Assembly (NCBI RefSeq): GCF_902713615.1
Contig: NW_024055820.1
Location: 1,045,220 to 1,109,219 of the forward strand
DNA: 64,000 bases
From: Scyliorhinus canicula
Taxonomy: Eukaryota
Reading direction: 5' to 3'
Below are positions 36,740 to 49,055 of this stretch, in pieces. A program made the position numbers and the translations under genes. Within the stretch, counting starts at the first letter, position 1; the number at the start of each line of letters is the position of its first letter. Below the pieces are notes generated by a model. That model did not search any database, had not been told where the DNA came from, and worked only from the letters and a program-made list of their open reading frames with translations.

Positions 36740-37285
36740 CCGGATAGAAAATCCCGCCATAAGATGGCGACGGCCGCCAGGTGACCCAAAAACCCGTCAG
36801 AGGGAAGCCCCGCCCACCCTCTCTAACTATACAAACATGGCCGCCCCAACGCTCCGCGCCAGGAACAAAAGACCCGACCTCCATTCCCAAGATGGCGTTG
36901 GTCGCCGGGTGACCCGGGAGCGGTTACCGGAGCGGAAACCCCGCCTACTTTCTCTTCCCATACCAAAATGGCCGTTCCATCACTCTGCTCCACAAAAGAC
37001 CAGAGTTCCATTCCCAAGATGGTGGCGGTCACCGGTTGCCTGTCACCCGGCAGGAAGATCCGCCACTCTCTCATCCCTAACCAAGATGGCCGCCGCACCG
37101 CTCCGCAGCAATGACAAAAGACGCGTCTTCCTTTCCCAAGAGGGCGTCCGGTTGCCGTAGAAAATCAACACCCCGAACTACCGTCTTTCTATTGGTCGGC
37201 ACTTGCCGTCAATCACTCCCCAGCCATTGTGAGCTGGAGCATGCGCAGTGCAGGTATGAAGCTGGACTCAGGCGGGTGAGTGGAG
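36740..37285. promoter_or_regulatory. Bidirectional CpG promoter between the 30976(-) and 37863(+) ZNF genes, with YY1 motif array
   Basis: Six to seven AA(G)ATGGC-type motifs; leftward CCAAT/TGATTGACGG at ~37190-37217; rightward ggagcatgcgcagtg and donor gtgagt at 37276. Confidence 0.7.
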
Positions 37286-37862
37286 ACCCCAAACCCCCCA
37301 ATAAGACCCTTTGGTTTTATTGTCAGTCTGCAGACAGGAGCTGGAGAACTGAACCCAGGCAGAGGAGAGGGAGGGAGAAAACTGGGAGTGGAGGAAAGAG
37401 ATGGTGAGATGGGTTTGGATTTCAGCCCAGGGAGGAGGGAGAGTGTGTGGGACGGGGATTTACAGCTTTGGGGGAACAAGAGAGGGAAAAATGTTCCAGA
37501 GAAACTAGAATTGTCTGTTCAGAATTTCTATCCTGGACTGACAGTGATGGCTTTTGTAAACTCCTTTACAGGGATATTAGAAGCAGAGGATTGGCTGACA
37601 GAAAACTCAAACCAAACATCACATTGGGATCTGACAGAGTCACTCAATTCTTTCGAACCTGAATATCACAGTCTTTGAATGTGGAAGGAGTAATGTTTGT
37701 CTGTTCAGTTTGTGGGAAAAGATTTTAAACATCAGTGTGATTGGAAAAGCACCGAGACGCACATACACAGTAAGTGTTCCATGAACTGACCGTGGAAAGA
37801 GCTTTAACCAGTTACATAGTCAGCAAAACCATCACACCATTCACAGTGGGGAGAAACCGTCC

Positions 37863-38912
37863 ATGTGTTCTGTGTGTGGACGAGAGTTCAACTTGTCATT
37901 CAACCTGGAGAGACTCAAGGACACCGGCACCATGGAGAAACCGTGGAAATGTGGGGACTGTTGGAAGGGATTCAGTTACCCTTCTGAACTGGAAATACAT
38001 CGACGCAGTCACACTGGGGAGAGGCCATTCACCTGCTCCACCTGTGGGAAGGGATTCACTCAGTCATCCAGTCTGCTGACACACCAGTATATTCACACAG
38101 AACAGACACCTTTCAAATGTTCTGAATGTGAGAAGAGATTTAAAAGCAAAAAGTATCTGTTGAGACACCAACGCATTCACAGTGAGGACAAGCCATTCAC
38201 CTGCTCCTTGTGTGGAAAGGGATTCACTGCTACATCAAACCTGCAGAAACACCAGCGAGTTCACACTGATAAAAGACCTTTTAAATGTCCAGACTGTGGG
38301 AAGTGCTTTAAAACTTCCGGGGAAGTGACCTGTCATCAACGTGTTCACACTGACGAGAGACCATTCAGGTGTTCTCACTGCGGGACTGGCTTCAGGCGAT
38401 CATCTGAACTTACTGTACATCAGCGAATTCACACTGGAGAGAGACCGTTTACTTGCTCTGTGTGTGGGAAGGGATTTATTCAGTCTTATCACCTACTGAA
38501 ACACCAACAAATTCACTCTGATATGAAACCTTTTAAATGTTTTGACTGTGAGCAGAGCTTTAGAAGCAGCAATGGTCTAGTGATGCATCAACGAATTCAC
38601 ACTGGGGAGAGACCGTTTACTTGCTCCGTGTGTGGGAAGGGCTTCACTCAGTCATACAACCTGCTGAAACACCAACAAATTCACTCTGATATAAAACCTT
38701 TTAAATGTTTTGCCTGTGAGCAGAGCTTTAAAAGCAGCAATGGGCTGATGATACACCAGCGAGTTCACGCTGGAGAGAGATTGTTCACCTGCCCCAAGTG
38801 TGGGAATGGATTCACTGACTTACAGCTTGTGCTGAAACACCAGCGACTTCATGAGCATCTGTCGGGATTGGATTTAGCTGTTTTTGCTGCTGTCAATCAG
38901 ATCCAGGACTGA
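37863..38912 (+). CDS. Tandem C2H2 zinc-finger protein, 11 fingers (type A; alternative ATG at 37932)
   Basis: 11 intact fingers; acceptor cctttacag at 37571; C-terminal extension EHLSGLDLAVFAAVNQIQD. Confidence 0.9.
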   Translation: MCSVCGREFNLSFNLERLKDTGTMEKPWKCGDCWKGFSYPSELEIHRRSHTGERPFTCSTCGKGFTQSSSLLTHQYIHTEQTPFKCSECEKRFKSKKYLLRHQRIHSEDKPFTCSLCGKGFTATSNLQKHQRVHTDKRPFKCPDCGKCFKTSGEVTCHQRVHTDERPFRCSHCGTGFRRSSELTVHQRIHTGERPFTCSVCGKGFIQSYHLLKHQQIHSDMKPFKCFDCEQSFRSSNGLVMHQRIHTGERPFTCSVCGKGFTQSYNLLKHQQIHSDIKPFKCFACEQSFKSSNGLMIHQRVHAGERLFTCPKCGNGFTDLQLVLKHQRLHEHLSGLDLAVFAAVNQIQD

Positions 38913-39051
38913 ATGTGTGGGTTAATCCGGAGGTGTGGAAGAAACACGCCCCAGTCGCTCTCTTCCATGGTTCAGAGCTCCTAAATACAGACAGAAGGCT
39001 CCTTTACAACTGTGTTTAGAGTCAACAAGATTAATGATGAATGCTGGAAAC

Positions 39052-39632
39052 TGTAAGATTTTAGTCCAGGAACCAGAGTTCACCCAAAAAGGGGGTCAAT
39101 GTCATTGGTGATTTTAAAGCAGTTTATGATAAAACAACAGTTTAGATTTGGTACATCAGCTAAATCGGCAGAAAATAGATGTGACCCACAACATGTGTGA
39201 ATGGTTACTGATCCTAGATCAACAGGATGCTGATCTCCGGGGCTAGAGGTGATGGTCTCCTCGGAATGGTTACTGATCCCGGATCAGATACTCGGACAGA
39301 TGGAGCTGATCTCCGGGGCTGGAGTGTCTTGTGTTCTCCTTCCTCTGGATCCAGTCAATGTGTTTGGTGTTAGTCCAAAGTAATTTTCCTGTCGAACCAT
39401 TTTAACCTTTACTCAGACAGTTGGTTTATATTTGGGTCACCAGATCCAACCTTCTCCAGTTTAGGAATCTGATTTCAGGGTTTGTGACAGAGAGAACAGG
39501 CCTGTCCTGTGTGTGTCACCCAGCAAACTGCTGTGGAAGCTTTGTTACTGAGAGCTAGAGAGAGCTAATTCTATTCACATTCAATGAATTTCTGACATTT
39601 AAGAACATTATTAGATGGTGAATGTTTTCACA
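39052..39632. mobile_element. Putative solo LTR
   Basis: tgtaa...ttcaca ends, flanks aaac/aaat; paralogous empty site at ~6270-6290 (gctggaaatgtgctgtc). Confidence 0.65.
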
Positions 39633-42039
39633 AAATGTGCTGTCCAGTCAGAGATTAGTGTAAAGTTGTGATCTGTTCCTGACTGAAGGTGAAGTTTCCA
39701 GCTGAGAATCTTCGGTTTTAAGTTTCCGAATGTTTTTGTGACATTCCTGAGTTTTCCAATGTGCGGCAGCGACAACAACAACTGGCATTTACCCATCAAC
39801 AGGTTAAAATGTTGGAGACCCTTCACAGAGGGACAGAAGCTGTGTGGAAAAGGTAAGGAGACAGGTTTAGTGAGGGGTTTCCAGCCCTCAGGACCTCAGG
39901 AGGTGAAGGTGCCTCTGCCAATGGTGGAGTGAAGCAAGTCGGGGGAGCTGAAGGGGGTCAGAGTCTTTTCTTTGATTGTTTTATGGGATGTGGACGTCAC
40001 TGGAAAGGCCGGGATTTGTTACCCATCCCTAATTGCCCTTCAGCTGAGTGGCCAGCTCGGCACTGGAGTCAACCACATTGCTGTGGGTCTGGAGTCACAT
40101 GTAGGCCAGACCAGGTGAGGACGGCAGATTTCCTTCACTGAAGGACATTCGTGAACCAGATGGGTTTTTCCAACAATCTATAGTAGTTGTCACGGCCGCT
40201 GTGACTAACTTTAGAATTCCTGGTTTATTAATTGGATTTGGGATTTGATCCCGTGTCTTCAGATCATTAGCCTGGATCTCTGGATCACTAATCCAGTGAC
40301 ATTACCACAATGCCAGCTTCTACCCTAATTGGAGGAGTGAGGGAGCTTGGAGGGTTGTAAGACTGCAGGAGGTTCCAGAGACTGTCTGTCATGGAGAGAG
40401 TGGCTGCCTCCATGGAGCTTCAAGCACGGCTCTGAAATGGGTCGGTGCAGGTCATGACCCGGCTGTGCAGGAGATGTCTGCTGCCATGAACAGGATGACA
40501 GATACAGTCAACACGTCACTGATCGCCCCCAAGCTGGTCAGCAGCAGAGTGCGAGGAATGATGTGACTCTGGTCCAGGAGAGGGAGGGTGGAGGAAGGAG
40601 ACATGGAACTGGGAACTCCACTCAAAGAGGTCCCACCTTAAACCTATTACCCCCGCAAACCCACAGGCAGTATCCAACACGCCGCCCCGTCTCCAGCTGA
40701 ATCTGCCCCGTACAGGTACAGATGGGTCAGTCTGTCCCAGGACCCTCAGGGGCTCTGAAACCCAGAGGGCGGAGACCACAAGCCTCTGGGCAGTGAGAGC
40801 AGGAATGTGAGCAGCCTGTCTCTACCTCTGCTGAAACCACACAGCATCCACCAAGTAGAAGCAACAGGAAGGGTCTGGGCTCCAAATTGTAATTCACCAA
40901 GTGTCTGAAATGGGGGTTTGACAAGATATGAAGTTTCTTTATTTAACAATGATGCACAAACTGTATTGACTGGAACCACTTCCAGCTCTTGTCCGTTCTT
41001 ACATCCCGTGGGCCAGCTCAGCCTTTCACTGAGTTCATGCTGAATGTGAATCCAGGCTGGGGGCCATTGGGTGGCTGTGCAATGGGAGGATGAGTGGGTG
41101 AAGGAATGTTCAGTGAACAGGGAGGGGGAGGGGGGGTTGGTGCTGCTGGTGGGAAGTGTTCATTCTGAAGGAGTCCCACCTGAAACAGAGACCATTCATT
41201 TCTCACTTTGAAATGATTGAGCTGCCGTCTTTCCCCATTTCTGTTCAGTTTTTCAATATTTATATATTTAAATCTCGACTGAAACGTATTCTTGTTGTGA
41301 CACTGAAATCCAGAGGATTTTAAATCTGTTAAAGTCAATCCCCATCGAGTACACAGGAGGACTCAACTGGTCCAAACTTTTTATGTTATAAATAAACCAA
41401 GATCTTACAAGATGTTTATCGGGGAATTTATTTTCTCTCAGACCAGGGATGGTCAAACTGTCCCGAAGTTCAGATTTGGGCCTTGAGCCTGGGCTATGGG
41501 GCTGATGTACACGGAGCACCATTCCCGGATGTCCTTCATCCCTGATTTTAGTCACATCCCAATTGGGGGCCATTAGCTGCCTGGACCCTAATCTCTGGAA
41601 TTTCATCCCTAAACTTCCCCACTTCATTTTCCACCCTTAAAACTCTCTTTATAACCAAACTCTTTCACCAAGACTTTGGTCATCTGACCCAATATGTCCT
41701 CGTGTCCCTGTGAAACTGCTTGAGACATTTTATTATGTTTAAAAACTCATTATAAATATGCCTTTGTTGTAGCTCATTGAGATCTGATCAGTTACTGAGT
41801 GAGTGAGTCTGTATAAATGTAACTCAGATACATACAGCTTGTTAAAACAGTCCTGGGGAGAGGAAGTTCTGAGCTGCCCGCTGAATTTCTGTTCTCCTCA
41901 AGTGGGAAAAGGTGATTCTTTCCCAATATTGGAAATTACTAATAAAGTTGTTAAAGATGATTTATTGTGAGCTGGGTTATTTGTTAGAATGAGAGTGAAG
42001 GAGTGGGATTGATTCACAGCCTAAGTCACCAGTTTAAGG

Positions 42040-42262
42040 ACAGGGGGAGAGAGAATCTGGAGAGGAGAAAATGATCAGGAGGAGACTGGAGACTGAATCT
42101 GGAACAATGAGCAGAGAGGGAGAGGAGTGTGTGGGACTGAGATTCAGAGGGTCTGTCCTGAATTTCTATCCTGCATTTACACCGAAAACCTCTGTGAACT
42201 CCTTTTCCTGCGAGTTAGAGGGAGAGGATTTGTAGACAGAAACTTTAAAGTCACAATCTTGA
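42040..42262 (+). pseudogene. Relic of ZNF intron/acceptor/leader module without fingers
   Basis: gagtgtgtgggac..tctgtcctgaatttctatcctg..gagaggatttgtagacagaaact resembles 37440-37610. Confidence 0.5.
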
Positions 42263-42265
42263 CAA

Positions 42266-42694
42266 GGGCCGGGATTCTCCCCTACCCGGCGGGGCTGGGG
42301 GTCCCGGCGGGATGGAGTGGCGTGAACCACTCCGGCGTCGGGCCGCCCCAAAGGTGCAGATGTCTCTGCACCTTTCGGGGCCAAGCCCTAACATTGAGGG
42401 GCTAGGCCTGCGCCAGAGTGGTTGGCGCTCCGCCAGCGGGTGGGAACAGCCTTTGGCACCACGGCCGAAGAGACTTCGCCGGCCGGCGGAAGTCCACACA
42501 TGCACAGGGGAGAGGGTCACTTCCGCCTCCGCCATCATGAAGACCATGTCGCGGGCCAGGCCACCGTGGGGGTACTCCAGATCACCTTGCGCGCCCCCCC
42601 CCCCCACCACCAGTAAGGTAGGTGCTTTGATCCACGCCAGCGGGACCAGCATGACAGCGGCGGGACTTTGGCCCATTTGCCAGAATATGACCCC
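42266..42694. mobile_element. GC-rich non-autonomous DNA transposon/MITE
   Basis: Abrupt GC/CpG-rich block starting gggccgggattctccc and ending cagaatatgacccc (imperfect TIR). Confidence 0.5.
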
Positions 42695-42789
42695 ATCAGT
42701 GGGCTGGAATTTAATAACATCAGCAGAAACGTCCCAATGAACATGGTTCAGTCCCTCATGTGATTAACAGCAAAAACGAATCATTGTAG

Positions 42790-43407
42790 TTACTTGTGAA
42801 CTCGCTGGTGATTCTGTAGGTTGGATGGGGTCGTGAATCCCTTCCCACACTCTGAGCAGGTGAACGGCCTCTCCCCGGTGTGAATTCTCTGGTGTACAGT
42901 GAGTTGAGATGACCGTTTGAACCCAGTCCCGCAATGAGAGCATCTGAACGGTTTCTCATCAAAGTGGACACGTTGATGGGACATCAGTTCCCAAGAACTT
43001 TTGAAGCACTTCCCGCAGTCTGGACATTTGAAAGGTCTCTCCTCAGTGTGAACTCGCTGGTGAGTGAGCAGGTGGGCTGAAATAATGAATCTTTTCCCAC
43101 ACTCAAAGCAGGTGAATGGTCTCTCTCCCGAGTGAATTCGCTGGTGCATCAGTAGGTCAGATGACTGAGTGAATCCCTTCCCACACTCGGAGCAGGTGAA
43201 TGGTCTCTCCCCAGTGTGACTGCGTCGATGAATTTCCAGCAGAGATGGGGAAATGAATCCTTTCCCACAGTCCCCACATTTCCACCGTTTCTCCCCAGTG
43301 TGACTGTATTTGTGCCTTGACAGGCCAGATGATTGCCTGAATCTTCGTCCACACATACAACACATGTACGGTTTCTCCTCACTGTGAACGATGCTTTTCT
43401 CTTCCAT
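42790..43407 (-). CDS. Tandem C2H2 zinc-finger protein, 7 fingers (type B, starts MEEKSIVHS)
   Basis: 7 intact fingers, ends HQRVHK*; acceptor tttcacag near 43518. Confidence 0.9.
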   Translation of the reverse strand: MEEKSIVHSEEKPYMCCMCGRRFRQSSGLSRHKYSHTGEKRWKCGDCGKGFISPSLLEIHRRSHTGERPFTCSECGKGFTQSSDLLMHQRIHSGERPFTCFECGKRFIISAHLLTHQRVHTEERPFKCPDCGKCFKSSWELMSHQRVHFDEKPFRCSHCGTGFKRSSQLTVHQRIHTGERPFTCSECGKGFTTPSNLQNHQRVHK

Positions 43408-44899
43408 GTTCAAAATCCAATGATATTCGGGTTACAATAAATTGGGCGGGTCTGTGAGATCCTGATGTGATATTTGGTGAGAGGTTTTTGATGGCGATGT
43501 CTTCCCTTCGAATACCCTGTGAAATTAATTTAAAACAGGACAGGTTGTAAAATGTAGCTGAATGCACCTGGTACTTTAGAACATAGAACAGTACAGCATA
43601 GAACAGGCCCTTCGGCCCTTGATGTTGTGCCGAGCAATGATCACCCTACTCAAACCCACGTATCCACCCTATACCCGTAACCCAACAACCCCCCCAGTTG
43701 GGGTTATGCTAACCACCATGCTACTGTGCTGCCCTAATTTTTGGACCAGGACTAGGAAGAAGTGATCATGAAAGTTACTGGTTATTGTGAAAACTCAACT
43801 GGTTCACTAATGTCCTTCGGGAAGGGAACCTGCCACCTGGTCTGGCCCTATACAGGACTCTGGCCTCTACGGGAGCAAGAGATAGAGGTGGGAGGTGAAG
43901 GACAATGATTTTGTATGTCAGCAAGATATATTGAGGGTAGTTAGCAAAGCAAATGGGGTGTTGAGCTTCATAAACAGGAATACTGATCCAAAAACTGGGA
44001 AGTTATGCTGAATCTTTCTAAAGCTCTGGTTAGGTGACATCTCGAGTATTGTGTCCAGATTTGGTCACTAGACTTTAGGAAAGATGTGAAAATTCTTGAG
44101 AAGTTACAGATTTACCAGAATAGTTGGAGCAAAAGAACCTGAGGGTAGATTTCATTCAGGTTCTCAAGATTCTGACGGGTTTAGATAAGGCAGACAAAAA
44201 AAATCTGGGACAGAGATTTACATTTTTGGGTAAGAGATAGACAGGGATGTGAGGGAGAATATTTTTACACAGTGAGTGATAATGACCCAAACCCTGCTGC
44301 CCACGAGGGGGTGGAAATAGACACGATTAATGATTTTGAAGGACATTGGAGAGACACTGGAGGGAAATAAAGCTGCGAGGACACGGGAAAGAGCAGGAGA
44401 ATGGGACTGACTGGATTGCTGTGGAGAGCTGGCACGGACTCAATGGATGGAATGGCCTCCTCTGTACCAGTACGACTTTGTGGCTCTCCAAGAAATCCTA
44501 GAGTCTCTATAGTGCAGAAAGAGCCCATTCGGTCCATCGAGTCTGTACTGACCCTCTGAAAGATCACCCTACCGAGGCCCACTCCTCCACCTTATCCCCA
44601 TAATCCTACCTAGCCTTTTGTACACAAAAGGGACAATTTAGCACGGCCAATCCACCTAACCTGCACATTTTTGTGGGAGATAACCGGAACACCCGGAGGA
44701 AATACATGCAGACTGGGGAGAATGTGTAAAGTTCACACAGTCTTTCCTGTAATTGCACCTTGTCATTTAACTCTGGGCATTCAGACATCACTCAGGTAAA
44801 TCTGTGCTGCACTCCCTCCGAGGCCATTCTATCCTTCCTCAGGTTTGTTGCCCAGAAGTGAACACAGTTCTCCAGGTTTGGTCTAACCAGGGTTTGTGA

Positions 44900-45095
44900 A
44901 TCTTGGGGCTTTTCTAGTCACACTGAGAACTGAAATCTTCCCTCACAGACAGAACAGACAAACCTTTTACCTTCCACACCCAGATGCTGCTGAAATTCAG
45001 TTTCTAATGAATCGAGTGACTCTGTCAGATCGCAATGTGACGTTTGGTTTGAGTTTCCTGTCTGTCAGTCAATCATCCACTTCCAGTATCCTGTC
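44900..45095 (-). other. Extra copy of the ZNF acceptor/leader module, possible non-coding exon
   Basis: Minus strand gacag|gatactggaagtg..aactcaaaccaaacgtcac..tttgtctgttctgtctgtg..cagtgtgactagaaaagc. Confidence 0.6.
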
Positions 45096-45383
45096 AATGT
45101 ACAGAAACCATCACTTGTCAGTTGTTATCGCTTCTCAATATGTCACCGTTAACTTCTACGAACAAATGATTCACAGGAGTATCAGAGCAGATTTATGGTC
45201 ATTTATTCAGGCATATGCAGGGAGAGATAGCTCAACAAGCATTCTTACCGAAGTAAATAATTTGTTTACACAATGTGCACATAGTTATAACTTTTTTTAA
45301 CACATGCACAGTCATTGTTTAAAGTTTCAATCTGGTATATATAAACACACACTTTCACCTACTCTTTGCAGGCACCGCTTATC

Positions 45384-45557
45384 TTGTTATTGTCCACTGT
45401 CCCTATCTGTTACTGAGACAGCCGTTACCTCCTGTTCCTTGTTATTGTCCACTGTCCCTATCTGTTACTGAGACAGCCGTTACCTCCTGTTCCTTGTTAT
45501 TGTCCACTGTCCCTATCTGTTACTGAGACAGCCATTACCTCCTGTTCCTTGTTATTG
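45384..45557. repeat. 55-bp tandem repeat, ~3.2 copies, inside an LTR-like insert (~45123-45715)
   Basis: ttgttattgtccactgtccctatctgttactgagacagccgttacctcctgttcc. Confidence 0.9.
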
Positions 45558-46281
45558 AAGCTCGCTGTCCTTGTGAGAACACAGCTGCAAATTCTGCTGA
45601 CTTGTGCGTTCAGTTTTACAAAGGTCAATTAGAATTTTTGTAACAATCTGTACCCTTTTTCTGTTGTATTGTTCATACTGAAACCTCATTCTTAAATTAT
45701 ACCAAAATCTTAACATGCACACGTCCTGAAAGGTGTGCTGTAAGGTGAATTGGACATTCTGAATTCTCCCTCTGTGTAGCTGAACAGGCGCCGGAATGTG
45801 GCGACAAGGGGCTTTTCAGTGACTTCATCGCAGTGTTAATATAAGCCTAATTGTGACAATAAAGATTATTGTATTTCCCCTGTACATATTCCAGGATAGA
45901 AATTCACAGCATTCTCTCTGCCTGCTCCCTGGTCCCGGATGACTGCTCCTGCTGCACATTAACCCTTGTCATCCTCAGCAGTCACTCGATTCGAGGACCA
46001 CTCAGGGTCATGTGTTTCTGCCCTGGGTCTTCATGTGACTGAACAGAGCTGACAGATTTTTGGACAAATGGGGCAGAACATCCCATCAGGCAGTTGGATC
46101 CAGCAAGCAGTATATGCTTCATTTTCTTTCCTTCTCTGCCGCTGCTCTGCTTCAACAATCAGGCATCTGAGCCTCTGGAAACCAGGGTCATTGCGGGTCA
46201 ATTCACCCAGGTCAAAGGGTAACAGTTTGATGCTCAGGTTGTCCCCATTCTGAACAACGGGTAACAAGCTCCTCCCATGGT

Positions 46282-46359
46282 GGCTCATTGGTCTAGGGGT
46301 ATGATTCTCGCTTTCGGAGAGTTTGCACGAGCTCCTGGGTTCAAATGCCGGACGACCCC
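46282..46359 (+). tRNA. tRNA-Pro pseudogene
   Basis: ggctcattggtctaggggtatgattctcgctt...cctgggttcaaatgccggacgacccc matches both ends of vertebrate tRNA-Pro; anticodon arm disrupted and lengthened. Confidence 0.8.
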
Positions 46360-46559
46360 TTGCTGTTATGGGTGGCATGGTAGCACAATGGCTAGTTAGC
46401 ACTTCTGCCGAAAGATTAGGTAGGGTAACTGGTTTACAGGGATAGTGTGGAGGCGTGGGCCTAAGTCGGATGCTCTTTCCAAGTGCTGGTGCAGACTCAA
46501 TGGGCCGAATGGCCTTCTGCACTGTCGTGCTTCCATGATTCACTCATTGAAAACTTTGC

Positions 46560-46970
46560 CCCCTACAAAGATGGCTGCACCTTTCCCCTATTAAAGATGG
46601 CGGTCTTTAAAATGAGCCGGTTGCGCGGATTAGGCCCAGCCCGATGCAAACGGGGGACTGAGAATTCCTTTTTACCAGATTTGGTTTGCACAATATATTT
46701 GCAAAGACTTCCCACCCACCCGGCAGTTCGATCGGTGCCCGCTTCCACTTTCCACAATTTTTCGGTTACTGATCGCGGATCAAAGAAAGAAATGTTGTTT
46801 TGACCACATCGCCATTACGCGCACTGCGCATGCTTCAGTTACAGTCCGGCCCCGCCTCTCGTTCACTCTGATTGGTTGGAGGACTAGCCACTCCCGCTCG
46901 GTCCTCCAGACCCACCCCCTCTTCGTATTGGCCCGGAGCTGCCGTCAGTCACTCACCGGGCATTGTGATT
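46560..46970 (-). promoter_or_regulatory. CpG promoter of the 43407(-) ZNF gene
   Basis: Same module as 57700-58080: two CCAAT, GC box, ctgcgcatgc, YY1 aagatggcgg. Confidence 0.7.
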
Positions 46971-46971
46971 A

Positions 46972-47725
46972 GGGCAGCACGGTAGCATGGTGGTTAGCAT
47001 AAATGCTTCACAGCTCCAGGGTCCCAGGTTTGATTCCCGGCTGGGTCACTGTCTGTGCGGAGTCTGCACGTCCTCCCCGTGTGTGCGTGGGTTTCCTCCG
47101 GGTGCTCCGGTTTCCTCCCACAGTCCAAAGATGTGCGGGTTAGGTGGATTGGCCATGCTAAATTGCCCGTAGTGTCCTAATAAAGTAAGGTTAAGGGGGG
47201 GTTATTGGGTTACGGGTATAGGGTGGATACGTGGGTTTGAGTAGGGTGATCATGGCTCGGCACAGCATCGAGGGCCGAAGGGCCTGTTCTGTGCTGTACT
47301 GTTCTATGTCTATGTCTATGTGAAGCATGCGCAGAGTTTTGAATGAATTAAGGTGTGGAGATTGAATATGGGAGACGGGATAGTCAAGTCCAGAAGGTAA
47401 CACAGAAATGGATGAGAATTTCAGAAATGGTTGATAATAATAAGCTTTATTATTGTCACATGTAGGTTTACATTAACACTTCAATGAAGTTACCTTGAAA
47501 ATCCCGTAGTCACCACACTCCGGCGACTGTTCAGGTATATGGAGGGAGAATTCAGAATGTCCAATTCACCTAACAAGCACATCTTTTGGGACTTGTGGGA
47601 TAAAACCGGAGCACCCGGAAGAAACCCACGCAGACATGGGGAGAACGTGCAGACTTCGCACAGACAGTGACCCAGCGGGGAATCAAACCTGGGACCCCGG
47701 TGCTGTGAAGCAACAGTGCTAACCA
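46972..47725. mobile_element. HE1-like SINEs (46972-47320+, 47436-47725-)
   Basis: Canonical heads and tails. Confidence 0.8.
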
Positions 47726-47754
47726 ATTTGCCCCTCAATTTGAGGGTAACGTCT

Positions 47755-48105
47755 ACTTAGGATTGTGAGTTTCTGCCATGGGTCTTCATGTGACTGAACA
47801 GGGCTGCAGATCTTTGGACACATGGGGGAGGACATCGATTGAGTTAGTGGGATCCAGATAGCAGGATTTGCTTCTGTTTCTTTACTTATCTGCCTCATCA
47901 ATTAGATATCTGGGTCTGTGCAAACCAGGGTAATGTATGGCCATGTTACTCAGGATAAAAGGTATTGAGGGTCAGGTTGTCTCCATCTGAACAATGTGGA
48001 ACAAGGTTCTCCCAGTCATTGAAAATGATGCCCCCTACAAACATGGCGGCCACACAAGCGCTCTGCTGCACATTACCCCCCACAAAGATGGCCACCGTTA
48101 ACCCT
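47755..48105 (-). repeat. Partial duplicate of the first-exon/intron block at 46010-46610
   Basis: tttctgccatgggtcttcatgtgactgaacag...caggttgtctccatctgaacaa...cccctacaaacatggcgg. Confidence 0.7.
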
Positions 48106-48361
48106 AACTGACATTTCTGGTCATCGAGTACTGGATGTCAGACAAGTCAGGATGATGTGTGACTTAGAGGAGAACTCGGTGGTGATGATGTTTGCATACT
48201 CCTGTTACTCTCATCCTTCAATGTGGTGAAATTAGGTGTCTGTGAGACTTTGTCAAAGTTCAGTTTGATTTATGGTATGTAAAATCTCTCTCTCCCTGCT
48301 AAACCCATCTTTATCCCTCTCCTCCCATAGAGACTAAAATCTTTTGTAGATCCAAACTGGG

Positions 48362-49055
48362 TTAGAACAAAGCACCTGAATAGGCCCTCCAGCCCTCCAA
48401 GCCTGTACTGGTCATTATACCAACCTTTGCCAAAGCCCTCAGCAGTTCCTTGTGCCGTATCCCTCTATACCCATCCTATCCATGTGCTTGTCAAGATGCC
48501 TTTTGAACGCCGTTAATGTATCTGCTTCCACAACCTCCCCTGGCAACGTGTTCCAGGCGCTCACCACACTGCGTAAAAAAACTGCCTCGCGCATCTCCTC
48601 TCAACTTTGCCCAGTGGAACTTAAACCTATGCCCCCTGCTCACTGACCCCTCCACCCTGGGAATGAGTGCCTGCCCATCCATTCTATCCGTGCCCCTCAT
48701 AAACTTGTAGACCTCTATCAGGCCGCCCCTCAACCTCTGTCTTTCTAATGAAAACTGTCCGAGTCTATTCAGCCTCTCCACATAGCTAACACCCTCCAGA
48801 CCAGGCAACATCCTGGTAAACCTCCTCTGCACCCTCTCCAAAGCGTCCACATCCTGCTGGTAATGTGGCGACCAGAATTGTGCATAATATTCCAAGTGCG
48901 GCATTACCAAGGTTCTATCCAACTGTAGCATGACTTGCCAGTTTTTATACTCAATGCCCCATCCGATGAAGGAAAGCATTCCGTGTGCTTTTTTGACTAC
49001 CTTGTCCACTTGTGTTGCTACCTTCAAAGACCTGTGGACATGCACGCCCAGATCG
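48362..49055 (-). mobile_element. CR1 LINE 3' portion
   Basis: QVDKVVKKAHGML, PHLEYYAQFWSPH, LERVQRRFTRMLPG, SRGHRFK. Confidence 0.88.
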
